The notes below the pieces were generated by a model that did no database searches, was not told the DNA's origin, and saw only the letters and a program-made list of their open reading frames with translations. A stretch of 64,000 bases of DNA from Squalus acanthias (lineage: Eukaryota): positions 2,604,001 to 2,668,000 of the forward strand of contig JASTWF010000034.1 in NCBI GenBank assembly GCA_030390025.1, given 5' to 3'. Shown here one piece after another: positions 1 through 11,744 of this stretch. The position numbers and the translations under genes were made by a program. The number at the start of each line of letters is the position of its first letter. Position 1 is the first letter of the stretch.

Positions 1-3000
1 CTGTCTCTTTAAAAGCACTGTGTGCCTGGTTCTGTCTCTTTAAAAAGCCTGTGTGACTGGTCCTGTCTCTTTAAAACGCCTGTGTGACTGCTAACGTCTC
101 TTTAAAAAGCCTGTATCACTGGTACTGTCTCTTTAAAAAGCCTGTGTGGCTGGTGCTTTCTCTTTAAAATGCTGTGTGACTGGTCCTCTCTCTTTAAAAG
201 GACAGTGTGACTAGTCCTGTCTCTTTAAAAGGACTGTGTGACTGGTTCTGTTTCTTTAAAAAGACTGTGTGACTGGTTCTGTCTCTTTAAAAAGCCTGTG
301 TGACTGGTCCTGTCTCTTTAAAAAGCCTGTGTGTATAGTGCTGTCTCTTTAAAAATTATGTGTGACTGGTCCTGTCTCTTTAAAAAGTCTGTGTGACGGG
401 CCCTGTCTCTTTAAAAAGCCTGTGTGAATAGTGCTGTCTCTTTAAAAATTATGTGTGACTGGTCCTGTCTCTTCAAAAAGCCTGTGTGACTGGTTCTGTC
501 TCTTTAAAAAGCCTGTGTGACTGGTCCTGTCTCTTTAAAAAGCCTGTGTGAATAGTGCTGTCTCTTTAAAAATTATGTGTGACTAGTCCTGTCTCTTTAA
601 AAAGCCTGTGTGACTGGTCCTATCTCTTTAAAAAGTATGTGTGACGGGCCCTGTCTGTTTATAATACCAGTGTCACTGGTCCTGTCTCTTTAAATAGCCT
701 GTGTGACTGGTCCTGTCTCTTTAAAAGCACTGTGTGCCTGGTTCTGTCTCTTTAAAAAGCCTGTGTGACTGGTCCTGTCTCTTTAAAACGCCTGTGTGAC
801 TGCTAACGTCTCTTTAAAAAGCCTGTATCACTGGTACTGTCTCTTTAAAAAGCCTGTGTGGCTGGTGCTTTCTCTTTAAAATGCTGTGTGACTGGTCCTC
901 TCTCTTTAAAAGGACTGTGTGACTAGTCCTGTCTCTTTAAAAGGACTGTGTGACTGGTTCTGTTTCTTTAAAAAGACTGTGTGACTGGTTCTGTCTCTTT
1001 AAAAAGCCTGTGTGACTGGTCCTGTCTCTTTAAAAGGACTGTGTGACTGGTTCTGTCTCTTTAAAAAGCCTGTGTGACTGGTCCTGTCTGTTTAAAAAAA
1101 CTGTGTCACTGGTCCTGTTTCTTTAAAAAGCCTGTGTGAATAGTGCTGTCTCTTTAAAAATTATGTGTGACTGGTCCTGTCTCTTCAAAAAGCCTGTGTG
1201 ACTGGTTCTGTCTCTTTAAAAAGCCTGTGTGACTGGTCCTGTCTCTTTAAAAAGCCTGTGTGAATAGTGCTGTCTCTTTAAAAATTATGTGTGACTGGTC
1301 CTGTCTCTTTAAAAAGCCTGTGTGACTGGTCCTGTCTCTTTAAAAAGTCTGTGTGACGGGCCCTGTCTCTTTATAATACCAGTGTCACTGGTCCTGTCTC
1401 TTTAAATATCCTGTGTGACCGGTCCTGTTTCTTTAAAAAGACTGTGTGACTGGTGCTGTCTCTTTAAAAGGACTTTGTGACTGGTTCTGTCTCTTTAAAA
1501 AGCCTGTGTGACTGATCCTGTCTCTTTAAAAAGCCTGTGTGACTGGTCCTGTCTCTTCAAAAAACCTGTGTGACCGGTCATGTCTCTTTAAAATGCCTGT
1601 GTGACCGGTGCTGTCTCTTTAAAAATTCTGTGTGACTGGTCCTGTATCTTTAAAAAGCCTGCGTGACTGGTTCTGTCTCTTTAAAAAGCCTGTGTGACTG
1701 ATCCTGTCTCTTTAAAAAGCCTGTGTGACTGGTCCTGTCTCTTCAAAAAACCTGTGTGACCGGTCATGTCTCTTCGAAAAGCCTGAGTGACAGGTGCTGA
1801 CTCTTTAAAAAGCCTGTGTCACTGGTCCTGTCTCTTTAAAAAGCCTGCGTGACTGGTTCTGACTCTTTAAAAAGCCTGTGTTACTGGTGCTGTGTATTTA
1901 AAAAGGCTGTGTGACTGGTTCTGTCTCTTTAAAAAGCATGTGTAACTGGTGCTGTTTCTTTAAAAAGCCTGTGTGACTGGTCCTGTATCTATAAAAAGCC
2001 TGTATGACTGGTCCTGTCTCTTTAAAAAGCCTGTGTGACTGGTCCTGTCTCTTTCAAAAGCCTGCGTGACTGGTCCTGTCTCTTTAAAACGCCTGTGTGA
2101 CTGCGAACGTCTCTTTAAAAAGCCTGTATCACTGGTACTGTCTCTTTAAAAAGCCTGTGTGGCTGGTGCTTTCTCTTTAAAATGCTGTGTGACTGGTCCT
2201 CTCTCTTTAAAAGGACTGTGTGACTAGTCATGTCTCTTTAAAAGGACTGTGTGACTGGTTCTGTTTCTTTAAAAAGACTGTGTGACTGGTGCTGTCTCTT
2301 TAAATACCTGTGTGACTGGTCCTGTCTCTTTAAAAGCACTGTGTGCCTGGTTCTGTCTCTTTAAAAAGCCTGTGTGACTGGTCCTGTCTCTTTAAAACGC
2401 CTGTGTGACTGCTAACGTCTCTTTAAAAAGCCTGTATCACTGGTACTGTCTCTTTAAAAAGCCTGTGTGGCTGGTGCTTTCTCTTTAAAATGCTGTGTGA
2501 CTGGTCCTCTCTCTTTAAAAGGACTGTGTGACTAGTCCTGTCTCTTTAAAAGGACTGTGTGACTGGTTCTGTTTCTTTAAAAAGACTGTGTGACTGGTTC
2601 TGTCTCTTTAAAAAGCCTGTGTGACTGGTCCTGTCTCTTTAAAAAGCCTGTGTGTATAGTGCTGTCTCTTTAAAAATTATGTGTGACTGGTCCTGTCTCT
2701 TTAAAAAGTCTGTGTGACGGGCCCTGTCTCTTTATAATACCAGTGTCACTGGTCCTGTCTTTTTAAATATCCTGTGTGACCGGTCCTGTTTCTTTAAAAA
2801 GACTGTGTGGCTGGTGCTGTCTCTTTAAAAGGACTTTGTGACTGGTTCTGTCTCTTTAAAAAGCCTGTGTGACTGGTGCTGTCTCTTTAAATACCTGTGT
2901 GACTGGTCCTGTCTCTTTAAAAGGACTGTGTGACTGGTTCTGTCTCTTTAAAAAGCCTGTGTGACTGGTCCTGTCTCTTTAAAAAAACTGTGTCACTGGT

Positions 3001-6000
3001 CCTGTTTCTTTAAGAAGCCTGTGTGACTGGTCCTGTCTCTTCAAAAAACCTGTGTGACTGGTCCTGTCTCTTTAAAATGCCTGTGTGACCGGTGCTGTCT
3101 CTTTAAAAATCCTGTGTGACTGGTCCTGTCTCTTTAAAAAAAGCTGTGTGACTGGTCCTGTCTCTTTAAAAAAACTGTGTCACTGGTCCTGTTTCTTTAA
3201 AAAGCCTGTGTGAATAGTGCTGTCTCTTTAAAAATTATGTGTGACTGGTCCTGTCTCTTCAAAAAGCCTGTGTGACTGGTTCTGTCTCTTTAAAAAGCCT
3301 GTGTGACTGGTCCTGTCTCTTTAAAAAGCCTGTGTGAATAGTGCTGTCTCTTTAAAAATTATGTGTGACTGGTCCTGTCTCTTTAAAAAGCCTGTGTGAC
3401 TGGTCCTGTCTCTTTAAAAAGTCTGTGTGACGGGCCCTGTCTCTTTATAATACCAGTGTCACTGGTCCTGTCTCTTTAAATATCCTGTGTGACCGGTCCT
3501 GTTTCTTTAAAAAGACTGTGTGACTGGTGCTGTCTCTTTAAAAGGACTTTGTGACTGGTTCTGTCTCTTTAAAAAGCCTGTGTGACTGATCCTGTCTCTT
3601 TAAAAAGCCTGTGTGACTGGTCTTGTCTCTTCAAAAAACCTGTGTGACCGGTCATGTCTCTTTAAAATGCCTGTGTGACCGGTGCTGTCTCTTTAAAAAT
3701 TCTGTGTGACTGGTCCTGTATCTTTAAAAAGCCTGCGTGACTGGTCCTGTCTCTTCAAAAAACCTGTGTGACCGGTCATGTCTCTTCGAAAAGCCTGAGT
3801 GACAGGTGCTGACTCTTTAAAAAGCCTGTGTCACTGGTCCTGTCTCTTTAAAAAGCCTGCGTGACTGGTTCTGACTCTTTAAAAAGCCTGTGTTACTGGT
3901 GCTGTGTATTTAAAAAGGCTGTGTGACTGGTTCTGTCTCTTTAAAAAGCATGTGTAACTGGTGCTGTTTCTTTAAAAAGCCTGTGTGACTGGTCCTGTAT
4001 CTATAAAAAGCCTGTATGACTGGTCCTGTCTCTTTAAAAAGCCTGTGTGACTGGTCCTGTCTCTTTCAAAAGCCTGCGTGACTGGTCCTGTCTCTTTAAA
4101 AAGCCTGTGTGTATAGTGCTGTCTCTTTAAAAATTATGTGTGACTGGTCCTGTCTCTTTAAAAAGTCTGTGTGACGGGCCCTGTCTCTTTATAATACCAG
4201 TGTCACTGGTCCTGTCTTTTTAAATATCCTGTGTGACCGGTCCTGTTTCTTTAAAAAGACTGTGTGGCTGGTGCTGTCTCTTTAAAAGGACTTTGTGACT
4301 GGTTCTGTCTCTTTAAAAGGCCTGTGTGACTGGTGCTGTCTCTTTAAAAAGCCTGTGTGACTGGTCCTGTCTCTTCAAAAAACCTGTGTGACCGGTCATG
4401 TCTCTTTAAAATGCCTGTGTGACCGGTGCTGTCTCTTTAAAAATTCTGTGTGACTGGTCCTGTATCTTTAAAAAGCCTGCGTGACTGGTTCTGTCTCTTT
4501 AAAAAGCCTGTGTGACTGATCCTGTCTCTTTAAAAAGCCTGTGTGACTGGTCCTGTCTCTTCAAAAAACCTGTGTGACCGGTCATGTCTCTTCGAAAAGC
4601 CTGAGTGACAGGTGCTGACTCTTTAAAAAGCCTGTGTCACTGGTCCTGTCTCTTTAAAAAGCTTGCGTGACTGGTTCTGACTCTTTAAAAAGCCTGTGTT
4701 ACTGGTGCTGTGTATTTAAAAAGGCTGTGTGACTGGTTCTGTCTCTTTAAAAAGCATGTGTAACTGGTGCTGTTTCTTTAAAAAGCCTGTGTGACTGGTC
4801 CTGTATCTATAAAAAGCCTGTATGACTGGTCCTGTCTCTTTAAAAAGCCTGTGTGACTGGTCCTGTCTCTTTCAAAAGCCTGCGTGACTGGTCCTGTCTC
4901 TTTAAAACGCCTGTGTGACTGCTAACGTCTCTTTAAAAAGCCTGTATCACTGGTACTGTCTCTTTAAAAAGCCTGTGTGGCTGGTGCTTTCTCTTTAAAA
5001 GGCTGTGTGACTGGTCCTCTCTCTTTAAAAGGACTGTGTGACTAGTCATGTCTCTTTAAAAGGACTGTGTGACTGGTTCTGTTTCTTTAAAAAGACTGTG
5101 TGACTGGTGCTGTCTCTTTAAATACCTGTGTGACTGGTCCTGTCTCTTTAAAAGCACTGTGTGCCTGGTTCTGTCTCTTTAAAAAGCCTGTGTGACTGGT
5201 CCTGTCTCTTTAAAACGCCTGTGTGACTGCTAACGTCTCTTTAAAAAGCCTGTATCACTGGTACTGTCTCTTTAAAAAGCCTGTGTGGCTGGTGCTTTCT
5301 CTTTAAAATGCTGTGTGACTGGTCCTCTCTCTTTAAAAGGACTGTGTGACTAGTCCTGTCTCTTTAAAAGGACTGTGTGACTGGTTCTGTTTCTTTAAAA
5401 AGACTGTGTGACTGGTTCTGTCTCTTTAAAAAGCCTGTGTGACTGGTCCTGTCTCTTTAAAAAGCCTGTGTGTATAGTGCTGTCTCTTTAAAAATTATGT
5501 GTGACTGGTCCTGTCTCTTTAAAAAGTCTGTGTGACGGGCCCTGTCTCTTTATAATACCAGTGTCACTGGTCCTGTCTTTTTAAATATCCTGTGTGACCG
5601 GTCCTGTTTCTTTAAAAAGACTGTGTGGCTGGTGCTGTCTCTTTAAAAGGACTTTGTGACTTGTTCTGTCTCTTTAAAAAGCCTGTGTGACTGGTGCTGT
5701 CTCTTTAAATACCTGTGTGACTGGTCCTGTCTCTTTAAAAGGACTGTGTGACTGGTTCTGTCTCTTTAAAAAGCCTGTGTGACTGGTCCTGTCTCTTTAA
5801 AAAAACTGTGTCACTGGTCCTGTTTCTTTAAGAAGCCTGTGTGACTGGTCCTGTCTCTTCAAAAAACCTGTGTGACTGGTCCTGTCTCTTTAAAATGCCT
5901 GTGTGACCGGTGCTGTCTCTTTAAAAATCCTGTGTGACTGGTCCTGTCTCTTTAAAAAAAGCTGTGTGACTGGTCCTGTCTCTTTAAAAAAACTGTGTCA

Positions 6001-9000
6001 CTGGTCCTGTTTCTTTAAAAAGCCTGTGTGAATAGTGCTGTCTCTTTAAAAATTATGTGTGACTGGTCCTGTCTCTTCAAAAAGCCTGTGTGACTGGTTC
6101 TGTCTCTTTAAAAAGCCTGTGTGACTGGTCCTGTCTCTTTAAAAAGCCTGTGTGAATAGTGCTGTCTCTTTAAAAATTATGTGTGACTGGTCCTGTCTCT
6201 TTAAAAAGCCTGTGTGACTGGTCCTGTCTCTTTAAAAAGTCTGTGTGACGGGCCCTGTCTCTTTATAATACCAGTGTCACTGGTCCTGTCTCTTTAAATA
6301 TCCTGTGTGACCGGTCCTGTTTCTTTAAAAAGACTGTGTGACTGGTGCTGTCTCTTTAAAAGGACTTTGTGACTGGTTCTGTCTCTTTAAAAAGCCTGTG
6401 TGACTGATCCTGTCTCTTTAAAAAGCCTGTGTGACTGGTCTTGTCTCTTCAAAAAACCTGTGTGACCGGTCATGTCTCTTTAAAATGCCTGTGTGACCGG
6501 TGCTGTCTCTTTAAAAATTCTGTGTGACTGGTCCTGTATCTTTAAAAAGCCTGCGTGACTGGTTCTGTCTCTTTAAAAAGCCTGTGTGACTGATCCTGTC
6601 TCTTTAAAAAGCCTGTGTGACTGGTCCTGTCTCTTCAAAAAACCTGTGTGACCGGTCATGTCTCTTCGAAAAGCCTGAGTGACAGGTGCTGACTCTTTAA
6701 AAAGCCTGTGTCACTGGTCCTGTCTCTTTAAAAAGCCTGCGTGACTGGTTCTGACTCTTTAAAAAGCCTGTGTTACTGGTGCTGTGTATTTAAAAAGGCT
6801 GTGTGACTGGTTCTGTCTCTTTAAAAAGCATGTGTAACTGGTGCTGTTTCTTTAAAAAGCCTGTGTGACTGGTCCTGTATCTATAAAAAGCCTGTATGAC
6901 TGGTCCTGTCTCTTTAAAAAGCCTGTGTGACTGGTCCTGTCTCTTTCAAAAGCCTGCGTGACTGGTCCTGTCTCTTTAAAAAGCCTGTGTGTATAGTGCT
7001 GTCTCTTTAAAAATTATGTGTGACTGGTCCTGTCTCTTTAAAAAGTCTGTGTGACGGGCCCTGTCTCTTTATAATACCAGTGTCACTGGTCCTGTCTTTT
7101 TAAATATCCTGTGTGACCGGTCCTGTTTCTTTAAAAAGACTGTGTGGCTGGTGCTGTCTCTTTAAAAGGACTTTGTGACTGGTTCTGTCTCTTTAAAAGG
7201 CCTGTGTGACTGGTGCTGTCTCTTTAAATACCTGTGTGACTGGTCCTGTCTCTTTAAAAGGACTGTGTGACTGGTTCTGTCTCTTTAAAAAGCCTGTGTG
7301 ACTGGTCCTGTCTCTTTAAAAAAACTGTGTCACTGGTCCTGTTTCTTTAAAAAGCCTGTGTGAATCGTGCTGTCTCTTTAAAAATTATGTGTGACTGGTC
7401 CTGTCTCTTCAAAAAGCCTGTGTGACTGGTTCTGTCTCTTTAAAAAGCCTGTGTGACTGGTCCTGTCTCTTTAAAAAGCCTGTGTGAATAGTGCTGTCTC
7501 TTTAAAAATTATGTGTGACTGGTCCTGTCTCTTTAAAAAGCCTGTGTGACTGGTCCTGTCTCTTTAAAAAGTCTGTGTGACGGGCCCTGTCTCTTTATAA
7601 TACCAGTGTCACTGGTCCTGTCTCTTTAAATATCCTGTGTGACCGGTCCTGTTTCTTTAAAAAGACTGTGTGACTGGTGCTGTCTCTTTGAAAGGACTTT
7701 GTGACTGGTTCTGTCTCTTTAAAAAGCCTGTGTGACTGATCCTGTCTCTTTAAAAAGCCTGTGTGACTGGTCCTGTCTCTTCAAAAAACCTGTGTGACCG
7801 GTCATGTCTCTTTAAAATGCCTGTGTGACCGGTGCTGTCTCTTTAAAAATTCTGTGTGACTGGTCCTGTATCTTTAAAAAGCCTGCGTGACTGGTTCTGT
7901 CTCTTTAAAAAGCCTGTGTGACTGATCCTGTCTCTTTAAAAAGCCTGTGTGACTGGTCCTGTCTCTTCAAAAAACCTGTGTGACCGGTCATGTCTCTTCG
8001 AAAAGCCTGAGTGACAGGTGCTGACTCTTTAAAAAGCCTGTGTCACTGGTCCTGTCTCTTTAAAAAGCCTGCGTGACTGGTTCTGACTCTTTAAAAAGCC
8101 TGTGTTACTGGTGCTGTGTATTTAAAAAGGCTGTGTGACTGGTTCTGTCTCTTTAAAAAGCATGTGTAACTGGTGCTGTTTCTTTAAAAAGCCTGTGTGA
8201 CTGGTCCTGTATCTATAAAAAGCCTGTATGACTGGTCCTGTCTCTTTAAACAGCCTGTGTGACTGGTCCTGTCTCTTTCAAAAGCCTGCGTGACTGGTCC
8301 TGTCTCTTTAAAACGCCTGTGTGACTGCTAACGTCTCTTTAAAAAGCCTGTATCACTGGTACTGTCTCTTTAAAAAGCCTGTGTGGCTGGTGCTTTCTCT
8401 TTAAAATGCTGTGTGACTGGTCCTCTCTCTTTAAAAGGACTGTGTGACTAGTCATGTCTCTTTAAAAGGACTGTGTGACTGGTTCTGTTTCTTTAAAAAG
8501 ACTGTGTGACTGGTTCTGTCTCTTTAAAAAGCCTGTGTGACTGGTCCTGTCTCTTTAAAAAGCCTGTGTGTATAGTGCTGTCTCTTTAAAAATTATGTGT
8601 GACTGGTCCTGTCTCTTTAAAAAGTCTGTGTGACGGGCCCTGTCTCTTTATAATACCAGTGTCACTGGTCCTGTCTTTTTAAATATCCTGTGTGACCGGT
8701 CCTGTTTCTTTAAAAAGACTGTGTGGCTGGTGCTGTCTCTTTAAAAGGACTTTGTGACTGGTTCTGTCTCTTTAAAAAGCCTGTGTGACTGGTGCTGTCT
8801 CTTTAAATACCTGTGTGACTGGTCCTGTCTCTTTAAAAAGCCTGTGTGACTGGTCCTGTCTCTTTAAAAAAACTGTGTCACTGGTCCTGTTTCTTTAAGA
8901 AGCCTGTGTGACTGGTCCTGTCTCTTCAAAAAACCTGTGTGACTGGTCCTGTCTCTTTAAAATGCCTGTGTGACCGGTGCTGTCTCTTTAAAAATCCTGT

Positions 9001-9250
9001 GTGACTGGTCCTGTCTCTTTAAAAAAAGCTGTGTGACTGTTCCTGTCTCTTTAAAAAGCCTGTGCGACTGATCCTGTCTCTTTAAAAAACCTGCGTCACT
9101 GGTCCTGTCTCTTTAAAAAGCCTGTGTGACTGGTCCTGTCTCTTTAAAAAAAGCTGTGTCTCTGGTCCTGTCTCTTTAAAAAGCCTGTGTGACTGGTGCT
9201 TTCTCTTTATTAAGCCTGTGTCACTGGTCCTGTCTGTTTAAAAAGCCTGT
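1..9250. repeat. Satellite array of a 31-bp monomer (CTGTCTCTTTAAAAAGCCTGTGTGACTGGTC), about 300 copies, open at the window start
   Basis: Monomer starts at 1, 32, 63 and so on (period 31). Rare variants (TGCTAACGTC, TTTATAATACCAG) recur in fixed order, and there is a block repeat at an offset of about 2818 bp (2343 vs 5161). Confidence 0.98.
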
Positions 9251-9806
9251 AATGCATGTCCTGCCTCTTTAAAATTCTTGTGTGAATGGTTCTGTGTCAC
9301 TGGCTGTGGCTCCGCCCTCTTGTTTTGGTTTTCATTGCATGTCATACAATTAAGAAGAGCCAGAATGGATTTTTTTTTAAACAGGGGACCATGGATTTTG
9401 GATCCACAAGGGTGTTGATGTTGCAGGATTACTGAGACTATTTCTTTGACACTGAACCGGATTCACTGAGTTACGGAGAAACCTTTGCTGGAAAAGTGGT
9501 GTTAAGAATTGAAGCTCTAGGCCTAGAAATCCGTCATTGACTGCAGTGGAGCTGAATATCAGGCACTTAGTGTAACAGGCACCCGATCCGATACCGCCCG
9601 TTTCGCGCCACCTCCCGAGACGAATTTCTCGGCCTTTGAATGCAGTCATCGGCAGATATCAAATGACACAGCGTGCTTATGAATTGGACTAAGACTTTGC
9701 CTCTTAAAAGTTCGGCTTGAACCGATTCATAGTCATTTGTTATCTTCCGAGGCAGATTGCTCGAGGGGTGGGGAGATATAAGAGTTAATTCTAAAATTAA
9801 TTACAA

Positions 9807-9950
9807 GCATTTCTGTCTCATCCAAAACTCTCCTTTCCGTGTCTTAATTCGCACCAAGTCCCGTTCACCCATCGCCCCTGTGCTCACTGATCTACATTGG
9901 CTCCCGGTCTGGCAATGCCTAAATTTTAAAATTCTCATCCTCGTGTTCAG
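9807..9950 (+). mobile_element. L2 LINE 3' ORF2 fragment
   Basis: Translates to LIQNS..RVLIRTKSRSPIAPVLTDLHWLPV...FKILILVF, the typical L2 ORF2 C-terminal motif. Confidence 0.85.
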
Positions 9951-10124
9951 CCCTAACTCATTGACAAATGTCCAGTAAAGTATTTGCATCCTGAAAATGC
10001 CAAACGTTAGTTTATTTATGTTTAGTATTTTAACGTAAGTACGTTTCATCCCCAGGGCTACAGGTGGATTTCTACAATTGGCATCATGGGGACAAGAGGC
10101 ACAGGGGAGGGGCGAGAATTCTGC

Positions 10125-10805
10125 TCAGACTGCAGCACACAACACCATCATCTCCAATTTCCGCCTTCAAGTCACACACCATCCAGACTTGAACATTATT
10201 TTTATTCATTCACCGGATGTGAGCGTCCCTGGCAAGGCCAGCACTTATTGTCCATCGCTAATTGCCCTTGAGAAGGTGGTGCTGAGCCGCCTTATATAAC
10301 TGAGTGGCTTGCTAGGCCATTTCAGAGGGCACTTAAGAGTGAAACACATTGCTCTGGGTCTGGAGTTACATTTCGACAGACCGGGTAAGGACGGCAGATT
10401 TCCTTCCCTAAAGGACATGAGTGAACCAGATGGGTTTTTACGACAATCCGGCAGTTTCATGGTCACCATTACTGATGGTAGCTTTTTATTTTTTATTTTT
10501 ATTAATTGAATTTAAATTCCCCAGCTGCCGTGGTGATTTAAACTCATGTCTCTGGACCATTTGTCCGGTCATCTGATTTTCTAGTCCAGCAACTGAACCA
10601 CTATGCTACCGTACCCTTCAAATATATCGCCGTTCCTTCATCGTCACTGGGACAAAAGCATGAAATTCCTTCCGTAACAGTATTGTGCGAGCAGCTTCAG
10701 CACATGGACTGCAGCGGCTAAAGATGAAAGGCCCACCATTTTCTCATGGGTAACTAGTGATGGGCAAGTAATTTCGGCCTTACAGCGTCACCCATATCCT
10801 GAGAA
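10125..10805 (+). mobile_element. 3' end fragment of the LINE family seen at 49885-51620, interrupted by a SINE
   Basis: CAAGTCACACACCATCC..ACTT and ATATCGCC.TTCCTTCATCGTC.CTGGG match 51395-51600. Confidence 0.75.
10195..10616 (-). mobile_element. tRNA-derived SINE with a LINE-derived 3' tail
   Basis: The minus strand begins GGGTACGGTAGCATAGTGGTT (A-box-like) with a B-box-like GAGTTTAAATC. Its tail (CACCACCTTCTCAAGGGCAATTAG.GATGG.CAATAA.TGCTGGCCTTGCCAG) matches the LINE 3' end at 51520-51620. Confidence 0.8.
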
Positions 10806-10839
10806 CAAATAGATAGAAAGAATACAATCAATGATTTTG

Positions 10840-11740
10840 TAATTCATTGATTGAACCTAGGCGAGGCCTGTGATCATAGTTAGGCGTCATGCTCCGCTAA
10901 ACAAATTGTGTCACAACTTGGCTCACCAATTCTATGATTATATGATTGTTACCGCCCATACTTTCCCAATTGCTCTATCCTTTAAAATGGTGCTTTGAAA
11001 GTACCACATACCAAAATTGAAGCCCATGGGATTAATGTGACAGTGGCAACAGGGCTCGGAAATTGGCTAATAGACAGAACGCAGAGAATAGTGGTGAACG
11101 GTTGTTTTTCCGACTCAGTATAGAGTGGTGTTCCCCAGGGGTCGGTGTTGGGATCATTGCTCCTTTCATGTATATCAATGCTATGGACTTGGGTACACAG
11201 CGCATAATTTCAAAGTTTGAAGATGAAAGGAAATTCGGAAATGTTAATAAACAGTGAGAATGATAGAAACAGATCTGAGGAGGACATACACAGACTAGTG
11301 AAATGGGCAGACACATGGCAGATACAATTTAACGCAGAGAAGGGCGAAGTGATACATGTTGGTAGGAAGGATGAGCAGAGGTAATATAAACTAAACGGTA
11401 CAATTTTAAAGCGGGTGCACGGTCAGAGGCACCTGGGGTGTACTAACACAAACCATTGAAGGTGGCAAGACAAGTCGCGATGGCTGTTAATCAAACATAC
11501 GGAGTCCTTGGCTTTACAAACAGAGACATAGAGTAACAAAATCCAGGTAGTAATGCTAACCTTTTAAACATTATTGGTTCGGCCCCAGCTGGAGTGTTGT
11601 GTCCACCACACTTTGACAAGCATGTCAAGGATTAAAGAGGGGTGGAGGAGATTTTCCAGAATGGTGCCAGGGATCTGGGACTTCAGTTACGTGGAGAGAC
11701 TGGAGAAGCTGGGATTGTTCTTTTTAGAGCAGCGAAGGTT
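10840..11740 (+). mobile_element. CR1 LINE RT fragment, decayed
   Basis: Remnants of SGVPQGSVLG, ISKFEDE (FADD) and VRPQLECCV, with stops and frameshifts. Confidence 0.85.
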
Positions 11741-11744
11741 AAGA

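Noticed and set aside
1..9250. CRISPR array (31-bp repeats)
   Set aside because: Monomers are head-to-tail with no unique spacers, there are no cas genes, and the context is vertebrate.
9377..9649. 90-aa minus-strand ORF as an extra GPCR exon or small gene
   Set aside because: No recognisable domain; the start ATG is not kept in the paralog at about 41665, and GPCR B is complete without it.
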